From Candidatus Omnitrophota bacterium (lineage in GTDB: Bacteria; Omnitrophota; Gorgyraeia; Pluralincolimonadales; Pluralincolimonadaceae): a stretch of 51,023 bases of DNA. This document shows positions 18,524 to 29,586 of the stretch, piece by piece. How positions within the stretch are numbered: the first letter of the stretch is position 1; the number at the start of each line of letters is the position of its first letter. The stretch covers positions 1 to 51,023 of the forward strand of contig JAZDOX010000087.1 in assembly GCA_043798215.1 (NCBI GenBank), read 5' to 3'. The notes beneath the pieces were generated by a model. It did not search any database. It was not told where the DNA came from and saw nothing but the letters and a program-made list of their open reading frames with translations. The position numbers and the translations under genes were made by a program.

Positions 18524-19747
18524 GTGAAAGTAGTAAGATTATATGGCAAGGAATTCGAGAAGCTTTGCAATAGACATAGTAACCGCAAGAAAAGAATTTC
18601 CGAGACCGTAAGCAGGATAATCGAGGATGTGCGCTTGAATGGCGACGATGCACTGATTAAATATACGAGAAAATTCGACAAGGTTAAATTGACGCCGAAA
18701 CAATTAAGAGTTACGGAAAGTGAAACCAGCGCCGCCTATCAGGATATAGATTCCGAGTTCATCTCCGAGTTAAAGAATATTATAGAAAACGTGACGAAGT
18801 TTTACAGAAAGCAGATGCAGATAAAGAAGCCTTGGCGTGTCGTTAATGAGGATGGCGCGATCGTCGGGGAGAAGTATGAACCTATTGAAAGGGTGGGAAT
18901 CTATGTGCCGGCGGGCACCGCGCCTCTTATATCAACGGTTTATATGACGGTGCTTCCCGCCAGGGTCGCGGGTGTCCGGTCTATAGTCTTAATTACTCCG
19001 CCCAACAAATATCATAGCGTCGATCCTTATATTCTTGCGGTAGCTAATTTGCTAAAGGTTGACGAGATATATAAAGCGGGAGGGGCCCAGGCTATTGCCG
19101 CGCTTGCGCACGGGACCAAGACTATACCAAAAGTGGACAAGATAGTCGGACCCGGAAACGACTATGTGACAGAGGCCAAGAGGCAGGTATTCGGATATGT
19201 GGATATCGATATGATAGCCGGCCCTTCAGAAGTGGTTATAATCGCGAACAAATCAACCAATCCGCTCTTTGCGCTTAAAGATCTTGAGGCCCAAAGCGAA
19301 CACGCGGGTGGGCTTTCGATATTAGTAACTACCTCAAAACCGCTGGCAAAGACATTCAAGAAACAAATTGCCAAAGGCTACATTGTTATTGTAAAGAATG
19401 TAGACGAGGCTTGCGAAGTTGTCAACCGTTTGGCTCCCGAACATCTGCAGATTATGGTGAAGAATCCGCAAAAGTATCTTAAGAAGATAAAGAATGCCGG
19501 AGCTATTTTCTTGGGGCAATACACGCCCGCCGTGGTCGGCGATTATATTGCCGGACCAAGTCACGTATTGCCTACCGGCGGAACGGCAAGATTTTTTTCA
19601 GGGCTTGGGGTCGAGGCGTTTATGAAATCTTCGCATATAGTCTCTTATTCAAGGAAGGCCCTTGAGAAGGCGAAGAAATCTATCGAGAAGATATCCAAGA
19701 TGGAAGGTTTAAGCAGGCACTTCGAATCAATTAACGCGAGGTTTTAA
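18524..19747 (+). CDS. hisD: Histidinol dehydrogenase
   Basis: GIYVPAG, GGAQAIAALA, KIVGPGN, IDMIAGPSE, APEHL, GPSHVLPT. Confidence 0.97.
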   Translation: MKVVRLYGKEFEKLCNRHSNRKKRISETVSRIIEDVRLNGDDALIKYTRKFDKVKLTPKQLRVTESETSAAYQDIDSEFISELKNIIENVTKFYRKQMQIKKPWRVVNEDGAIVGEKYEPIERVGIYVPAGTAPLISTVYMTVLPARVAGVRSIVLITPPNKYHSVDPYILAVANLLKVDEIYKAGGAQAIAALAHGTKTIPKVDKIVGPGNDYVTEAKRQVFGYVDIDMIAGPSEVVIIANKSTNPLFALKDLEAQSEHAGGLSILVTTSKPLAKTFKKQIAKGYIVIVKNVDEACEVVNRLAPEHLQIMVKNPQKYLKKIKNAGAIFLGQYTPAVVGDYIAGPSHVLPTGGTARFFSGLGVEAFMKSSHIVSYSRKALEKAKKSIEKISKMEGLSRHFESINARF

Positions 19748-19772
19748 GGATTTAAAAGGAAAGGGCCCAAGG

Positions 19773-20393
19773 GTGAAGAAAAGAATAAGCAAGGTTAAGA
19801 GGAAGACAACCGAGACTAATATTGAAATTAAGCTTGATCTTGACGGCGCAGGTAAATATAGCATAAATACCGGCATAGCTTTTCTTGACCATATGCTTTC
19901 GTTATTCTCTAATCACGGATTATTTGATTTGACGATAATGGCCAAGGGCGATCTGAAAGTTGATATTCATCATACGAATGAGGATGTGGGAATTGCGCTG
20001 GGCGAAGCCTTTGCGAAATCTATAGAAGATAAAAAAGGAATCAGACGTTTTGGTTCTATAGCCGTGCCAATGGAAGAAGCGCTGGCTCGTGTTGCCCTTG
20101 ATATAAGCGGCAGGCCTTCTTTACATATGGGATACGGCGGAAGAAAAATTCTACCGCCAGATTTGAAAGAGGAGACCGTTAAGGAAACAGGAAATTATAA
20201 CTTAAATGATGCTAAACAGTTTCTGGAAGCTTTTGTCAGGTCTGCCGGCATAAATCTTCATATTGAGTATCTCGGAGAAGATTTGCATCATATTTTAGAG
20301 GCCGTCTTTAAGGCTCTCGGCAGAGCTCTTTGCGAAGCGACGAGAATAGACCCGCGCATTAAGGGTATTCCTTCCACCAAAGGAAGGTTATAG
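19773..20393 (+). CDS. hisB: Imidazoleglycerol-phosphate dehydratase
   Basis: RKTTET, FLDHML, DIHHTNED, HHILEA, PSTKG. Confidence 0.97.
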   Translation: MKKRISKVKRKTTETNIEIKLDLDGAGKYSINTGIAFLDHMLSLFSNHGLFDLTIMAKGDLKVDIHHTNEDVGIALGEAFAKSIEDKKGIRRFGSIAVPMEEALARVALDISGRPSLHMGYGGRKILPPDLKEETVKETGNYNLNDAKQFLEAFVRSAGINLHIEYLGEDLHHILEAVFKALGRALCEATRIDPRIKGIPSTKGRL

Positions 20394-20429
20394 GCGCTGG
20401 TTTGGAAATTTTATATTGCTAATGTTTAT

Positions 20430-20574
20430 CTTGAAATTTAACATCGAGCGCAGAGCCGATTTCCGCCTGAGGCGGACAGGTATGACGCAGTTGATTATTT
20501 TATTTGAATGAGTAATAAAGCAAGGCCCCGCCACAAAGCGTCGGCGGGCAGGCAAGCGAGATTTAAATTTCAAG
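20430..20574. mobile_element. MITE family B, copy 1 (TIR cttgaaatttaa...ttaaatttcaag) with two micro-palindrome inserts
   Basis: Aligns to the reverse complement of 31600-31698 except for inserts at 20462-20480 and 20528-20552. Confidence 0.88.
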
Positions 20575-20626
20575 ATAGATCGCTTTGCTCACAGATGGAC
20601 AGCAATAATGAAAACAGAATATTTAA

Positions 20627-21331
20627 ATGAATGAACTTGTTATCGTTGATTATGGAATGGGAAATTTGCGCAGTGTCTCTAAGGCGTTTGAGAAGGTGGG
20701 CGCGAGGGTGAAGATTTCGGATGACCCCAAAACAGTCTCCAGCGCGGAGAGATTAGTGGTTCCCGGCGTGGGGGCTTTTAAGGACGCGATGAGGCAGCTT
20801 AAGAGACGAGGCCTTACTGAAGCGATTCATGAATTTGTGGATAAGGGCAGGCCTTTTTTAGGGCTATGCCTGGGCCTTCAATTGATCTTTTTCGATAGCG
20901 AAGAAGGCGGAATAAATAAAGGACTTGGTTTTATCGAAGGCAAGGTCTTGAAATTTCCGAAGCGGCCTCTTACTATGGAAGAAGGCGCGCCGCCGTTAAA
21001 GATACCGCATATGGGCTGGAACCAAATAAGGATTGACGGACAGCGGACAGCGCACAGCAGACAGAAAAAAAACCTGAACGCTAAACGCTACATGCTGAAC
21101 GCTGAAAAAATGTGCCCGTTACTGAAAGGCATACCAGACGGTTCTTATATGTATTTTGTGCATTCTTATTACGCTGAACCGGAAGACGACGATTGCGTTG
21201 CGGCCTGGACGGATTACGGTATTGAGTTTCCGTCCGTTGTTTGGTCGAGAAATATTTATGCCACGCAGTTTCATCCCGAGAAAAGTCAGAAACTGGGGCT
21301 CGAAATTTTAAGGAATTTTATGAAAATATGA
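20627..21331 (+). CDS. hisH: IGP synthase glutaminase subunit, with an in-frame heptamer-repeat insert
   Basis: VDYGMGNLRSV, PGVGAF, GLCLGLQ, PHMGWN, YFVHSY, QFHPEKS. Confidence 0.97.
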   Translation: MNELVIVDYGMGNLRSVSKAFEKVGARVKISDDPKTVSSAERLVVPGVGAFKDAMRQLKRRGLTEAIHEFVDKGRPFLGLCLGLQLIFFDSEEGGINKGLGFIEGKVLKFPKRPLTMEEGAPPLKIPHMGWNQIRIDGQRTAHSRQKKNLNAKRYMLNAEKMCPLLKGIPDGSYMYFVHSYYAEPEDDDCVAAWTDYGIEFPSVVWSRNIYATQFHPEKSQKLGLEILRNFMKI

Positions 21332-22047
21332 TAGTGATACCGGCAGTAGATATCAGGGGCGGAAAAGTAGTCAGGCTTTTTAAAGGGGATTTTACCAAAG
21401 AGACCGTTTATTCAGGCGATCCGGTCAAGATCTCCAATAAGTGGCAGGCCGAGGGCGCCAAGAGACTTCATCTTGTTGATCTGGATGGCGCGCTCGAGGG
21501 AAGATTAATGAATTTAAATTGGATAAGGAAGATAACCGCCGCTTTAGATATACCTGTTGAGGTCGGCGGAGGCATAAGGACGGAAGCCGAGTTAAAGACT
21601 ATTATTGATGCCGGAGCTTCATACGCCATTTTGGGAACGAAGGCTTGCGAGGACGAGGAGTTCTTGAAGAAAGCCGTTGAAAAATACGCGGATAAGATAA
21701 TAGTCAGCCTTGACGTAAAAGACGGTTATCTTCACACAAAAGGGTGGGTCAATTCGACGCAGATTAAGGCGGTTGATTTTGCCGCGCGCATAAAATTACT
21801 CGGGGTGAAAACCATAGAATATACTGATATCTCAAGAGATGGAACGTTGCAAGGCCCCGGATTTGAGAATATATTGCGGTTTCTCGAAGAGGTTAAGATA
21901 GATATGATCGTTTCTGGCGGCATATCGTCTTTGGCGGACTTAAAAATTTTGAAGGATTTTGGAAAGAAGGAGATTATCGGCGTTATAGTCGGCCGAGCCC
22001 TCTATGACGGAAAGATAATACTTAAGGCTGCCAATAAAGTAGGCTGA
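21328..22047 (+). CDS. hisA: ProFAR isomerase
   Basis: IPAVDIRGGKVVRL, HLVDLDGA, VGGGIR, TDISRDG; ATGA overlap with hisH. Confidence 0.97.
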   Translation: MIVIPAVDIRGGKVVRLFKGDFTKETVYSGDPVKISNKWQAEGAKRLHLVDLDGALEGRLMNLNWIRKITAALDIPVEVGGGIRTEAELKTIIDAGASYAILGTKACEDEEFLKKAVEKYADKIIVSLDVKDGYLHTKGWVNSTQIKAVDFAARIKLLGVKTIEYTDISRDGTLQGPGFENILRFLEEVKIDMIVSGGISSLADLKILKDFGKKEIIGVIVGRALYDGKIILKAANKVG

Positions 22048-22120
22048 TTTGGCTGTTGGATGTTGAAGGCAGACAGGGTTAGAATCGGTTTCATAAATTC
22101 TATCGTTTCAAGCTGCAAGG

Positions 22121-22180
22121 CGTCATTCCCGCAATCTTTTTCCGCCCAAGGCGGACGGGGCATCAAGCCGGGTAATGACA
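22121..22180. repeat. Degenerate CGTC/TGTCA REP with a nested tccgcc-caa-ggcgga micro-palindrome
   Basis: cgtcattcccg...[tccgcccaaggcggacggg]...cgggtaatgaca. Confidence 0.65.
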
Positions 22181-22233
22181 AATTGCCGTAATAACTTATG
22201 AAACCACTTGTAGTTAGAGAGGAGAAAAAATCT

Positions 22234-23064
22234 TTGACGGGTTTAGCGAAGAGAATAATACCTTGTCTTGATGTCCAAGAGGGCCGCGTTGTTAAGGGTG
22301 TTAAATTTTTGCAATTGCGCGATGCCGGCGATCCTGTTGTAAGCGCTTCTTTTTATGAGAAGGAGGGCGCCGACGAGCTTATTTTTTTGGATATAACGGC
22401 CAGTTACGAGAAGAGAGGCATAATGCTGGATGTTGTGCGGCGCGCGGCCGAAAATGTCTTTATGCCTTTGACAGTTGGCGGCGGAATTAGGAATTTAACC
22501 GATATTCGAAATCTTTTAAGCGCGGGCGCGGATAAGATCTCGATAAATACGGCGGCAGTAAACGAACCCTCTCTTATATCAAGAGCCGCCGCTAAATTCG
22601 GGACGCAGTGTATAGTAGTCGCCATTGACGCTAAATTAGTCCAGAGTCCAAAGTCCCCGCCTACGCCAAGGCTTCGGCGGGCAGGCACAGTCCACAAAGG
22701 AAAATCGTCGAATAGAAAATGGCAGGTTTATACACATGGCGGCAGGACGCCTACAGGTAAAGATGTCGTTGAATGGGCAAAAGAAGTTGAAGAGAGAGGC
22801 GCCGGTGAGATCCTGTTGACTTCTATGGATATGGATGGAACCAAGAAAGGCTACGATCTTGAGCTTACCAAAGCGGTCTCTGAATCCGTCAATATACCCG
22901 TTATAGCTTCGGGAGGCGCCGGAAATTTGGAGCATTTGTATGAGGCTTTAACGAGGGGCAAGGCAGACGCTGTTCTCGCGGCCTCCATATTTCATTTCAG
23001 AGAATTTAGCGTGCCGCAGGCAAAAAAATACCTTAAAAAAAAAGGAGTGGCGGTAAGAATATGA
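22234..23064 (+). CDS. hisF: IGP synthase cyclase subunit, with an in-frame repeat insert
   Basis: [41 protein letters not shown]; TTG start 22234 behind aggag. Confidence 0.97.
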   Translation: MTGLAKRIIPCLDVQEGRVVKGVKFLQLRDAGDPVVSASFYEKEGADELIFLDITASYEKRGIMLDVVRRAAENVFMPLTVGGGIRNLTDIRNLLSAGADKISINTAAVNEPSLISRAAAKFGTQCIVVAIDAKLVQSPKSPPTPRLRRAGTVHKGKSSNRKWQVYTHGGRTPTGKDVVEWAKEVEERGAGEILLTSMDMDGTKKGYDLELTKAVSESVNIPVIASGGAGNLEHLYEALTRGKADAVLAASIFHFREFSVPQAKKYLKKKGVAVRI

Positions 23065-23119
23065 ATTTTGTTAGAAGATTTAACCGTCAGTTGAAATTAA
23101 TCAAACGCATTAAATACTT

Positions 23120-23221
23120 TGTCATTGGAGGAGCTCCCTGCTTTCTTGCGAAAGCAAAAAGGGAAAAGGCGACGAAGCAATCTAAAAAACGGGATTGCTT
23201 CGCCTTCGGCTCGCAATGACA
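23120..23221. repeat. TGTCA-type REP doublet
   Basis: tgtcattg...gcgacgaagcaatct / gattgcttcg...ctcgcaatgaca; related to 15676-15768. Confidence 0.8.
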
Positions 23222-23267
23222 CTCATTGTGTTTATATTATTTATAGCATAAGGAGGTTCCTAACGGG

Positions 23268-23681
23268 GTGGGAAAATTTATTTCCAGCTTAAAGTTTGAC
23301 GATAACGGTCTTATACCGGCTATCATTCAGGATTATAAAAATAACGAAGTTTTAATGATGGCTTTTATGAATAAAGAAGCGGTTGAGAAGACGCTTAAGA
23401 CCAAAAAAACGCATTTCTATTCTCGCTCAAGGAAGAAACTTTGGCTTAAGGGTGAGACTTCCGGCCATATTCAAAAAGTAAAGGAGATAAGATTTGATTG
23501 CGATTGCGATTGCTTATTGGTAAAGGCGCTTCAGGTTGGCGGCGCCTGCCACACCGGTTTTCGATCGTGTTTCTATCGTAAGTTGAAAGATGAAAAAGGG
23601 AATTTCCGGATTTCGGGTAAGCTGATCTTCAAGCCCGATGAGGTATACCATGCTTCGAAGGAGCCAAAGAAACAAAGATAA
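23268..23681 (+). CDS. hisI: Phosphoribosyl-AMP cyclohydrolase
   Basis: [40 protein letters not shown]. Confidence 0.97.
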   Translation: MGKFISSLKFDDNGLIPAIIQDYKNNEVLMMAFMNKEAVEKTLKTKKTHFYSRSRKKLWLKGETSGHIQKVKEIRFDCDCDCLLVKALQVGGACHTGFRSCFYRKLKDEKGNFRISGKLIFKPDEVYHASKEPKKQR

Positions 23682-23682
23682 A

Positions 23683-25176
23683 ATGACCGATTATATCCCA
23701 TCAAAGAGCGAGTTTTTGAGATTAGCGAAAAAGGGCAATCTTATCCCTGTCTATAAAGAGATATCGGCGGATTTAGAGACGCCGGTATCGGCTTTTTTGA
23801 AAATAGATAAAAGCGATTATTCATTTCTCTTTGAATCGGTTGAGGGAGGAGAAAAGATAGCCAGGTACTCATTCCTGGGATCCGCTCCGTCGCTTATCTT
23901 CAGAAGCAAGGCAAGAGAGATAGAGATAATAGAGAATGGCAAGAGGACTTTATTTACGACTTCATCGGATCCGTTATTCGAGATAAAAAAGATTCTGGGC
24001 AGGTATAAATTCGCGCGGACTCCGGGCCTTCCCAGATTTTGCGGCGGATTAGTCGGTTTTATGGCATACGATATGGTGAATTTTTTTGAGGAATTGCCGT
24101 CTTTGGGGTCGGATGATTTGGGCCTCGCGGACGCGGTATTTCTTTTGACCGACACCATCCTTATATTCGATCACATAAATCACAGCATAAAGGTTGTCTC
24201 GAACGCTTATATAGATAAGGATCCCAATGAAGCTTATGAGATCGCCAAGAAGAAGATAGACGGTTTGATAGAGCTGTTAAACCTTCCTCTTATCAGGGAG
24301 AGAAAGCCGGTTTTCCCGGGGAGAGAATCAAAGAAAAAGGTTGATTTTACCTCGAATCTTACGAAAGATGAATTTTGCGATATTGTAAAAAAAGCGAAGG
24401 GTTACATAAACAACGGCGACATAATACAGGTTGTTTTGTCCCAACGGCTTGAGACGGAAGTGAATTGTTCAGAGACAGATCTTTACCGGGCCCTTAGGAT
24501 GGTAAACCCTTCGCCGTATATGTACCTGCTGAAATTAAATAATATGTCATTGATCGGCGCTTCGCCGGAACTTATGGTGAGATGCGAGGACGGAATGGTC
24601 GAGTTAAGGCCCATAGCGGGCACGCGGCCGAGGGGCAAGACCGAGGAGATGGAAAAACGCCTTGAGAAGAATCTTCTTACCAGCGCCAAAGAACGCGCCG
24701 AGCACATTATGCTTGTTGACCTTGGGAGAAACGATATAGGCAGGGTTTGCGAATACGGTTCCGTGCGTGTTTCCGAATTGATGACCGTGGAAAAATATTC
24801 ACACGTGATGCACATAGTAAGCGAATGCGCCGGGAAGCTTCGAAAAGGCAAAGATCAATTCGATGTTATCAGGGCGACCTTTCCGGCAGGGACTGTTTCG
24901 GGAGCGCCAAAAGTTCGCGCGATGGAAATTATAGAGGAACTGGAGAAGACCAAGCGCGGGCCGTATGCCGGACTTGTGGGCTATTTTAGTTTTTCTGGAA
25001 ATCTCGACACCTGCATCAATATCCGCACTATTTTAATGAGGGGCAAAAAGGTGTATATCCAAGCCGGAGCCGGCATAGTCGCGGACTCTAATCCCGAGAA
25101 AGAATATGAGGAGACTATGAATAAAGCCAGGGGCACGGTAAAGGCCATTGAGTTGGCGGAAGAAGGTGGAATATAA
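23683..25176 (+). CDS. trpE: Anthranilate synthase component I
   Basis: [51 protein letters not shown]. Confidence 0.96.
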   Translation: MTDYIPSKSEFLRLAKKGNLIPVYKEISADLETPVSAFLKIDKSDYSFLFESVEGGEKIARYSFLGSAPSLIFRSKAREIEIIENGKRTLFTTSSDPLFEIKKILGRYKFARTPGLPRFCGGLVGFMAYDMVNFFEELPSLGSDDLGLADAVFLLTDTILIFDHINHSIKVVSNAYIDKDPNEAYEIAKKKIDGLIELLNLPLIRERKPVFPGRESKKKVDFTSNLTKDEFCDIVKKAKGYINNGDIIQVVLSQRLETEVNCSETDLYRALRMVNPSPYMYLLKLNNMSLIGASPELMVRCEDGMVELRPIAGTRPRGKTEEMEKRLEKNLLTSAKERAEHIMLVDLGRNDIGRVCEYGSVRVSELMTVEKYSHVMHIVSECAGKLRKGKDQFDVIRATFPAGTVSGAPKVRAMEIIEELEKTKRGPYAGLVGYFSFSGNLDTCINIRTILMRGKKVYIQAGAGIVADSNPEKEYEETMNKARGTVKAIELAEEGGI

Positions 25177-25177
25177 T

Positions 25178-25744
25178 ATGATATTAATGATAGATAACTA
25201 CGATTCTTTTACGTATAATCTTGTCCAGTACTTTTGCGAATTAGGCCGGAAGATAGAGGTTTTCAGAAATGATAAAATAACTTTGGATCAGATAAAGTTA
25301 ATGCGCCCGGAGAAGATAGTTATCTCGCCCGGCCCGGGATTTCCTAAGGATGCCGGCATCTCAAATGATATTGTAAAAGAATTTAGCGGAAAAGTTCCCA
25401 TATTGGGTGTTTGTCTTGGGCATCAATGCATAGGCGAAGTTTTCGGAGGCAGGATTGTCAGGGCGGGCAGGCTTATGCATGGAAAGACCTCCAAGATTTA
25501 TCATAACGGCAAGGGCATTTTTAAGGGGGTCTCGAATCCTTTTGAAGCGACAAGATACCATTCACTTATCGTTGAGCGTAAGACGCTTCCGGCTTGTCTG
25601 GAAATAACTGCCGAAACAGAAGAAAAGGAGATAATGGGCCTAAAGCATAAAAAATATTCTGTTTGGGGCGTTCAATTTCATCCCGAATCAATTTTAACGA
25701 CCGAAGGCAAAAGCCTGCTCTCAAATTTTTTGAGGTTAAAGTAA
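25178..25744 (+). CDS. trpG: Anthranilate synthase component II (glutamine amidotransferase)
   Basis: [34 protein letters not shown]. Confidence 0.95.
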   Translation: MILMIDNYDSFTYNLVQYFCELGRKIEVFRNDKITLDQIKLMRPEKIVISPGPGFPKDAGISNDIVKEFSGKVPILGVCLGHQCIGEVFGGRIVRAGRLMHGKTSKIYHNGKGIFKGVSNPFEATRYHSLIVERKTLPACLEITAETEEKEIMGLKHKKYSVWGVQFHPESILTTEGKSLLSNFLRLK

Positions 25745-26754
25745 TGATTAAAGAAGCGATCTCACAATTAGTAAAGCGAAAAGATCTCTTAATCAGTGAA
25801 ATGGAACTCGTAATGGAAGAGATTATGACGGGCAAAGCTTCCCCGGCTCAGATAGCCTCATTTCTTACCGCTCTTCGCATGAAAGGGGAGACGATAGATG
25901 AGATAGTGGGCGCGGCCAATATTATGCGAAATCATGTAACGAGAATAAAGACCAATAGAGACCTTGTTTTAGATACTTGCGGAACGGGAGGAGATGAATC
26001 ATTTACGTTTAATATCTCCACGATTTGCGCGTTTGTCGTGTCGGGAGCGGGCATACCCGTGGCTAAGCATGGCAATAGATCGGTTTCCTCAAGATGCGGA
26101 AGCGCGGATCTCTTGAGCGCGCTTGGAGTAAATATAGAGGCCGAAGAGAATATCGTTTCTGAATGCATAGACAAGATCGGCATAGGGTTTCTTTTCGCGC
26201 CTGCGCTTCATAAGGCTATGCATTTCGCGGTCGCGCCGCGGCGCGAGATTGGAATACGCACCGTATTTAACATATTAGGGCCTATGACAAATCCTGCCGG
26301 CGCCAGACATCAGTTAATCGGTGTTTATGGAAAGGAGCTGACCGAGCCGATTGCCAAGGCGTTAGGAAGGTTAGGCTCAAAGCATGCCTTAATAGTGCAT
26401 GGCGAAGACGGTCTTGACGAGGTAACGACGACCGGCTATACTCAAATTTCAGAGTTAAAAGACGCAAAGGTGGGGACTTTTATGATCTCGCCGGAGGATT
26501 TCGGGATAAAGAGGGCTTCTGCCGACGATCTGAAGGGCGGAGACTGTGATTATAATGCTAAAATAGCCTTGGAGATTTTGGGCGGAAACAAGGGCTCTCG
26601 CCGCGATGTGGTTATATTAAATGCCGCTTGCGCCATATACGCCGCGGATAGAACTTCCGACATAGGCGAAGCCGTAAAATTAGCAGAGGACGCCATTGTC
26701 TCAGGCGCCGCTTTGTTGAAATTAGAGCAATTGAAGGAATTGACAAACAGGTGA
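25744..26754 (+). CDS. trpD: Anthranilate phosphoribosyltransferase
   Basis: DTCGTGGD, FNIST, AKHGNRSVSS, FNILGP, GLDE; TAATG coupling to trpG. Confidence 0.97.
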   Translation: MIKEAISQLVKRKDLLISEMELVMEEIMTGKASPAQIASFLTALRMKGETIDEIVGAANIMRNHVTRIKTNRDLVLDTCGTGGDESFTFNISTICAFVVSGAGIPVAKHGNRSVSSRCGSADLLSALGVNIEAEENIVSECIDKIGIGFLFAPALHKAMHFAVAPRREIGIRTVFNILGPMTNPAGARHQLIGVYGKELTEPIAKALGRLGSKHALIVHGEDGLDEVTTTGYTQISELKDAKVGTFMISPEDFGIKRASADDLKGGDCDYNAKIALEILGGNKGSRRDVVILNAACAIYAADRTSDIGEAVKLAEDAIVSGAALLKLEQLKELTNR

Positions 26755-27527
26755 GTTTTATAGAGGAGATTTTAGAGCATAAAAAGATTTTGCTTGAACG
26801 GACGAAAGAAGAATTGCCTCAGGATAAGATCGAGAAGATGGCAGTCCCTTTTAAAAGCCGAGATTTTAAAGGCGCTATCTCGAGAGGCGGAAGGACAAAC
26901 CTTATTGCTGAGATAAAGAGGGCCTCGCCTTCGCAAGGGATTATAAGGAAAGGGTTTAATCCCGTTGAGATTGCAGGTATTTACGAAAAGACCGGCGCCG
27001 CGGCAATATCCGTCTTGACTGAAGAAAAATATTTTTTAGGAAGCATATCTTATGTTGAATTGGTTAGAGATTCCGTGAACTTGCCAGTTCTCAGGAAAGA
27101 TTTTATAATATCCGAATACCAGATTTACGAATCGGCAATGGTTAAGGCGGACGCGGTTTTGTTGATAGCGGCTATATTAAACAAAGGCGTCTTGAAAGGT
27201 TTGCATAATGAGGCCAAATCCTTGGGAATGGATATTCTTGTGGAAGTTCATAATGAAAGGGATTTAGATAAGGCCTTTGCCGCCGGCGCCGAGATTATAG
27301 GCATAAATAACAGAGATCTCGACACTTTTGAGGTAGATATAAATACCACACTTGAGTTGATGCCGAAGATAAGCCCGGATAAGATAGTTGTTTCCGAGAG
27401 CGGCGTAAGCAGCCGCGAGGATATGGAAATTTTGCGCAATGCGGGCGTAAAATCGGTATTGATCGGCGGGGTTTTTATGAAATCCAACGATATCGCGAAA
27501 GAGATTAAAAAGGTAATGGGTTGGTAA
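26751..27527 (+). CDS. trpC: Indole-3-glycerol phosphate synthase
   Basis: IAEIKRASPS, SVLTE, LRKDFI, GINNRDL, VSESG. Confidence 0.97.
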   Translation: MSFIEEILEHKKILLERTKEELPQDKIEKMAVPFKSRDFKGAISRGGRTNLIAEIKRASPSQGIIRKGFNPVEIAGIYEKTGAAAISVLTEEKYFLGSISYVELVRDSVNLPVLRKDFIISEYQIYESAMVKADAVLLIAAILNKGVLKGLHNEAKSLGMDILVEVHNERDLDKAFAAGAEIIGINNRDLDTFEVDINTTLELMPKISPDKIVVSESGVSSREDMEILRNAGVKSVLIGGVFMKSNDIAKEIKKVMGW

Positions 27528-28141
27528 GGATAAAAATTTGTGGGATAACCGATTTTGAGGATGCTTCAGCGGCTTGTTTATACGGCGCCGACGCGATAGG
27601 CTTTGTTTTCGCAAAGAGTCCGCGGCAGGTGAGTCCGCGGCAGGCAAAGGCTATAATCAGAAGATTGCCGCCATATGTTGTAACTGTGGGTGTTTTTGTG
27701 AACGAAGAGATAGGTATTCTTAAACGCATAGTCAGGTATTGCGGCTTAAATTGCGTTCAGCTTCACGGAGACGAGGCACCCCAATATTGCGAGGGCCTTA
27801 AGGGCAAGTATAAACTCATAAAAGCTATCAGGGCTCGTGACGACAGAAGTCTTAGGGTTTTTGGAAAGTTCGATGTTGACGCTTTTCTCCTGGATTCGTA
27901 TATTAAGGGCGCCCGCGGCGGCACAGGGAAAAAATTTAATTGGAATTTAGCGGTTCGCGCGAAAGAATACGGCAAACCCGTGATTCTCTCCGGAGGAATC
28001 GGAGTTGATAATGTGGAGGATGCCGTTCTAAAGGTGAACCCTTACGCTATAGACGTTTCAAGCCTTATTGAGTCCGGCCCCGGAAAGAAAGATCATAAAT
28101 TGATGAGAATTTTAATTGAAAAGGCGCGAAAGATAAATTAA
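27521..28141 (+). CDS. trpF: Phosphoribosylanthranilate isomerase
   Basis: KICGIT, SPRQV, VQLHGDE, GGTG, IDVSS. Confidence 0.96.
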   Translation: MVRIKICGITDFEDASAACLYGADAIGFVFAKSPRQVSPRQAKAIIRRLPPYVVTVGVFVNEEIGILKRIVRYCGLNCVQLHGDEAPQYCEGLKGKYKLIKAIRARDDRSLRVFGKFDVDAFLLDSYIKGARGGTGKKFNWNLAVRAKEYGKPVILSGGIGVDNVEDAVLKVNPYAIDVSSLIESGPGKKDHKLMRILIEKARKIN

Positions 28142-28162
28142 ATTTTTTGAAAGGGAACCGCC

Positions 28163-28711
28163 ATGGATTTTAGAGGAAGACGTTTTCGAAGGCTGGCTCT
28201 TGAGATAGAGGTAAAGTGGCATAGGCATAGAAAGAAAAGAGGAAAAGCCAGCGGCAGCGCCTATTTTTTAAAGACAAAGAATGTGGCTCAGCATGGGTTA
28301 TTTCTGAAGACGGAGAAGCCTTTTCAGCTCGGAAAAGAACTTGATCTGGAATTTCTGCTTCCCACAGTTTCGCATCCTATCGAGATTATGGGACGCGTTG
28401 TTTGGGTCGCGGATAAAGACAAGAATCCCGCGTATTATCCCGGAATAGGCGTCCGGCTCGTGAAGATCAATTCAGAAGACAAGAAAAGCCTTGTAGATTA
28501 CCTGAATAAAAAATTCAGGAATTATAAAGACGCGCAAGAGTTAAAACATATGTATCTTGATCTGATAGATATGGGCGCCAGGCTTGTGGAATTGGGAGAG
28601 CGGCATCCCGGCGCTATTTATTTCAAGAAAGCGGTTGATAACGCTATAAAGGAAATATCGGAAGTCGCTCATTTAATAGATAAAGAAGTATCTGAGATAA
28701 AAAATTTATAA
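28163..28711 (+). CDS. PilZ-domain protein with a C-terminal helical extension
   Basis: RxxxR (RRFRR) and NxAxxG (NVAQHG) motifs, GRVVW, GIGVR. Confidence 0.8.
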   Translation: MDFRGRRFRRLALEIEVKWHRHRKKRGKASGSAYFLKTKNVAQHGLFLKTEKPFQLGKELDLEFLLPTVSHPIEIMGRVVWVADKDKNPAYYPGIGVRLVKINSEDKKSLVDYLNKKFRNYKDAQELKHMYLDLIDMGARLVELGERHPGAIYFKKAVDNAIKEISEVAHLIDKEVSEIKNL

Positions 28712-28731
28712 AAGAGAAAGGAATACAAAAG

Positions 28732-29586
28732 ATGAACACTTTTAAGACGTTGTTTTTTATGACCCTGCTTACTTTGTTATTGATATTCGTCGGGAATTTG
28801 ATCGGCGGAAGAAATGGGATGTTTTTGGCTTTCGCGATAGCCCTTGTTATGAACGGTTTCTCATACTGGTTTTCGGACAAGATAGTTCTGATGATGTATC
28901 GCGCCAAGGAGGTCTCGGAGGTCGAGGCGCCAAAGATTCACAGGATTGTCAATAACCTGGTTCAGAAGGCGGATTTGCCGAAACCGCGGATTTATATAAT
29001 ACCGCAAGCCGCCCCGAACGCGTTTGCCACGGGAAGAAACCCGAAACACGCGGCGGTTGCCGTAACTGAAGGTATAATGCAGTTATTAAACGATGATGAG
29101 ATGGAGGGTGTTTTAGCCCATGAGTTGTCGCATGTGGGAAACAGGGACATACTCATCTCGACCATAGTCGCCACTATGGCCGGCGCCATATATATGCTGG
29201 CTGATTGGGCGAGATGGGCGGCTATGTTTGGCGGCAGAAGAGATGAGAGGGAGGGCGGCGGAATTAAATTAGTGGCTATGCTTCTTGTGGCTATTTTGGC
29301 CCCTATAGTCGCCATGCTCATACAATTGGCCATCTCTCGTTCGCGTGAATATTTGGCCGATGAGTCTGGGGCTAAATTATGCGGCCGGCCACTTTCATTA
29401 GCCAATGCCTTAAGAAAATTATACAATTATTCCCGGAAGATTCCAATGCAGTCAAATCCAACAACCGCTCATATGTTTATAGTCAATCCTCTTACAGCAG
29501 GGGGGCTCTTGGCTATGTTCAGCACGCATCCGCCGATTGAGCGAAGAATTGCCCGCTTAGAGGAATTGGCCATAAGTCCGAACTAA
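28732..29586 (+). CDS. htpX: Zinc metalloprotease HtpX (M48)
   Basis: [29 protein letters not shown]. Confidence 0.96.
   Translation: MNTFKTLFFMTLLTLLLIFVGNLIGGRNGMFLAFAIALVMNGFSYWFSDKIVLMMYRAKEVSEVEAPKIHRIVNNLVQKADLPKPRIYIIPQAAPNAFATGRNPKHAAVAVTEGIMQLLNDDEMEGVLAHELSHVGNRDILISTIVATMAGAIYMLADWARWAAMFGGRRDEREGGGIKLVAMLLVAILAPIVAMLIQLAISRSREYLADESGAKLCGRPLSLANALRKLYNYSRKIPMQSNPTTAHMFIVNPLTAGGLLAMFSTHPPIERRIARLEELAISPN

Noticed and set aside
27616-27644. Direct repeat gagtccgcggcagg x2 in trpF
   Set aside because: It encodes SPRQVSPRQ at the normal TrpF motif and length, so it is not an insertion.
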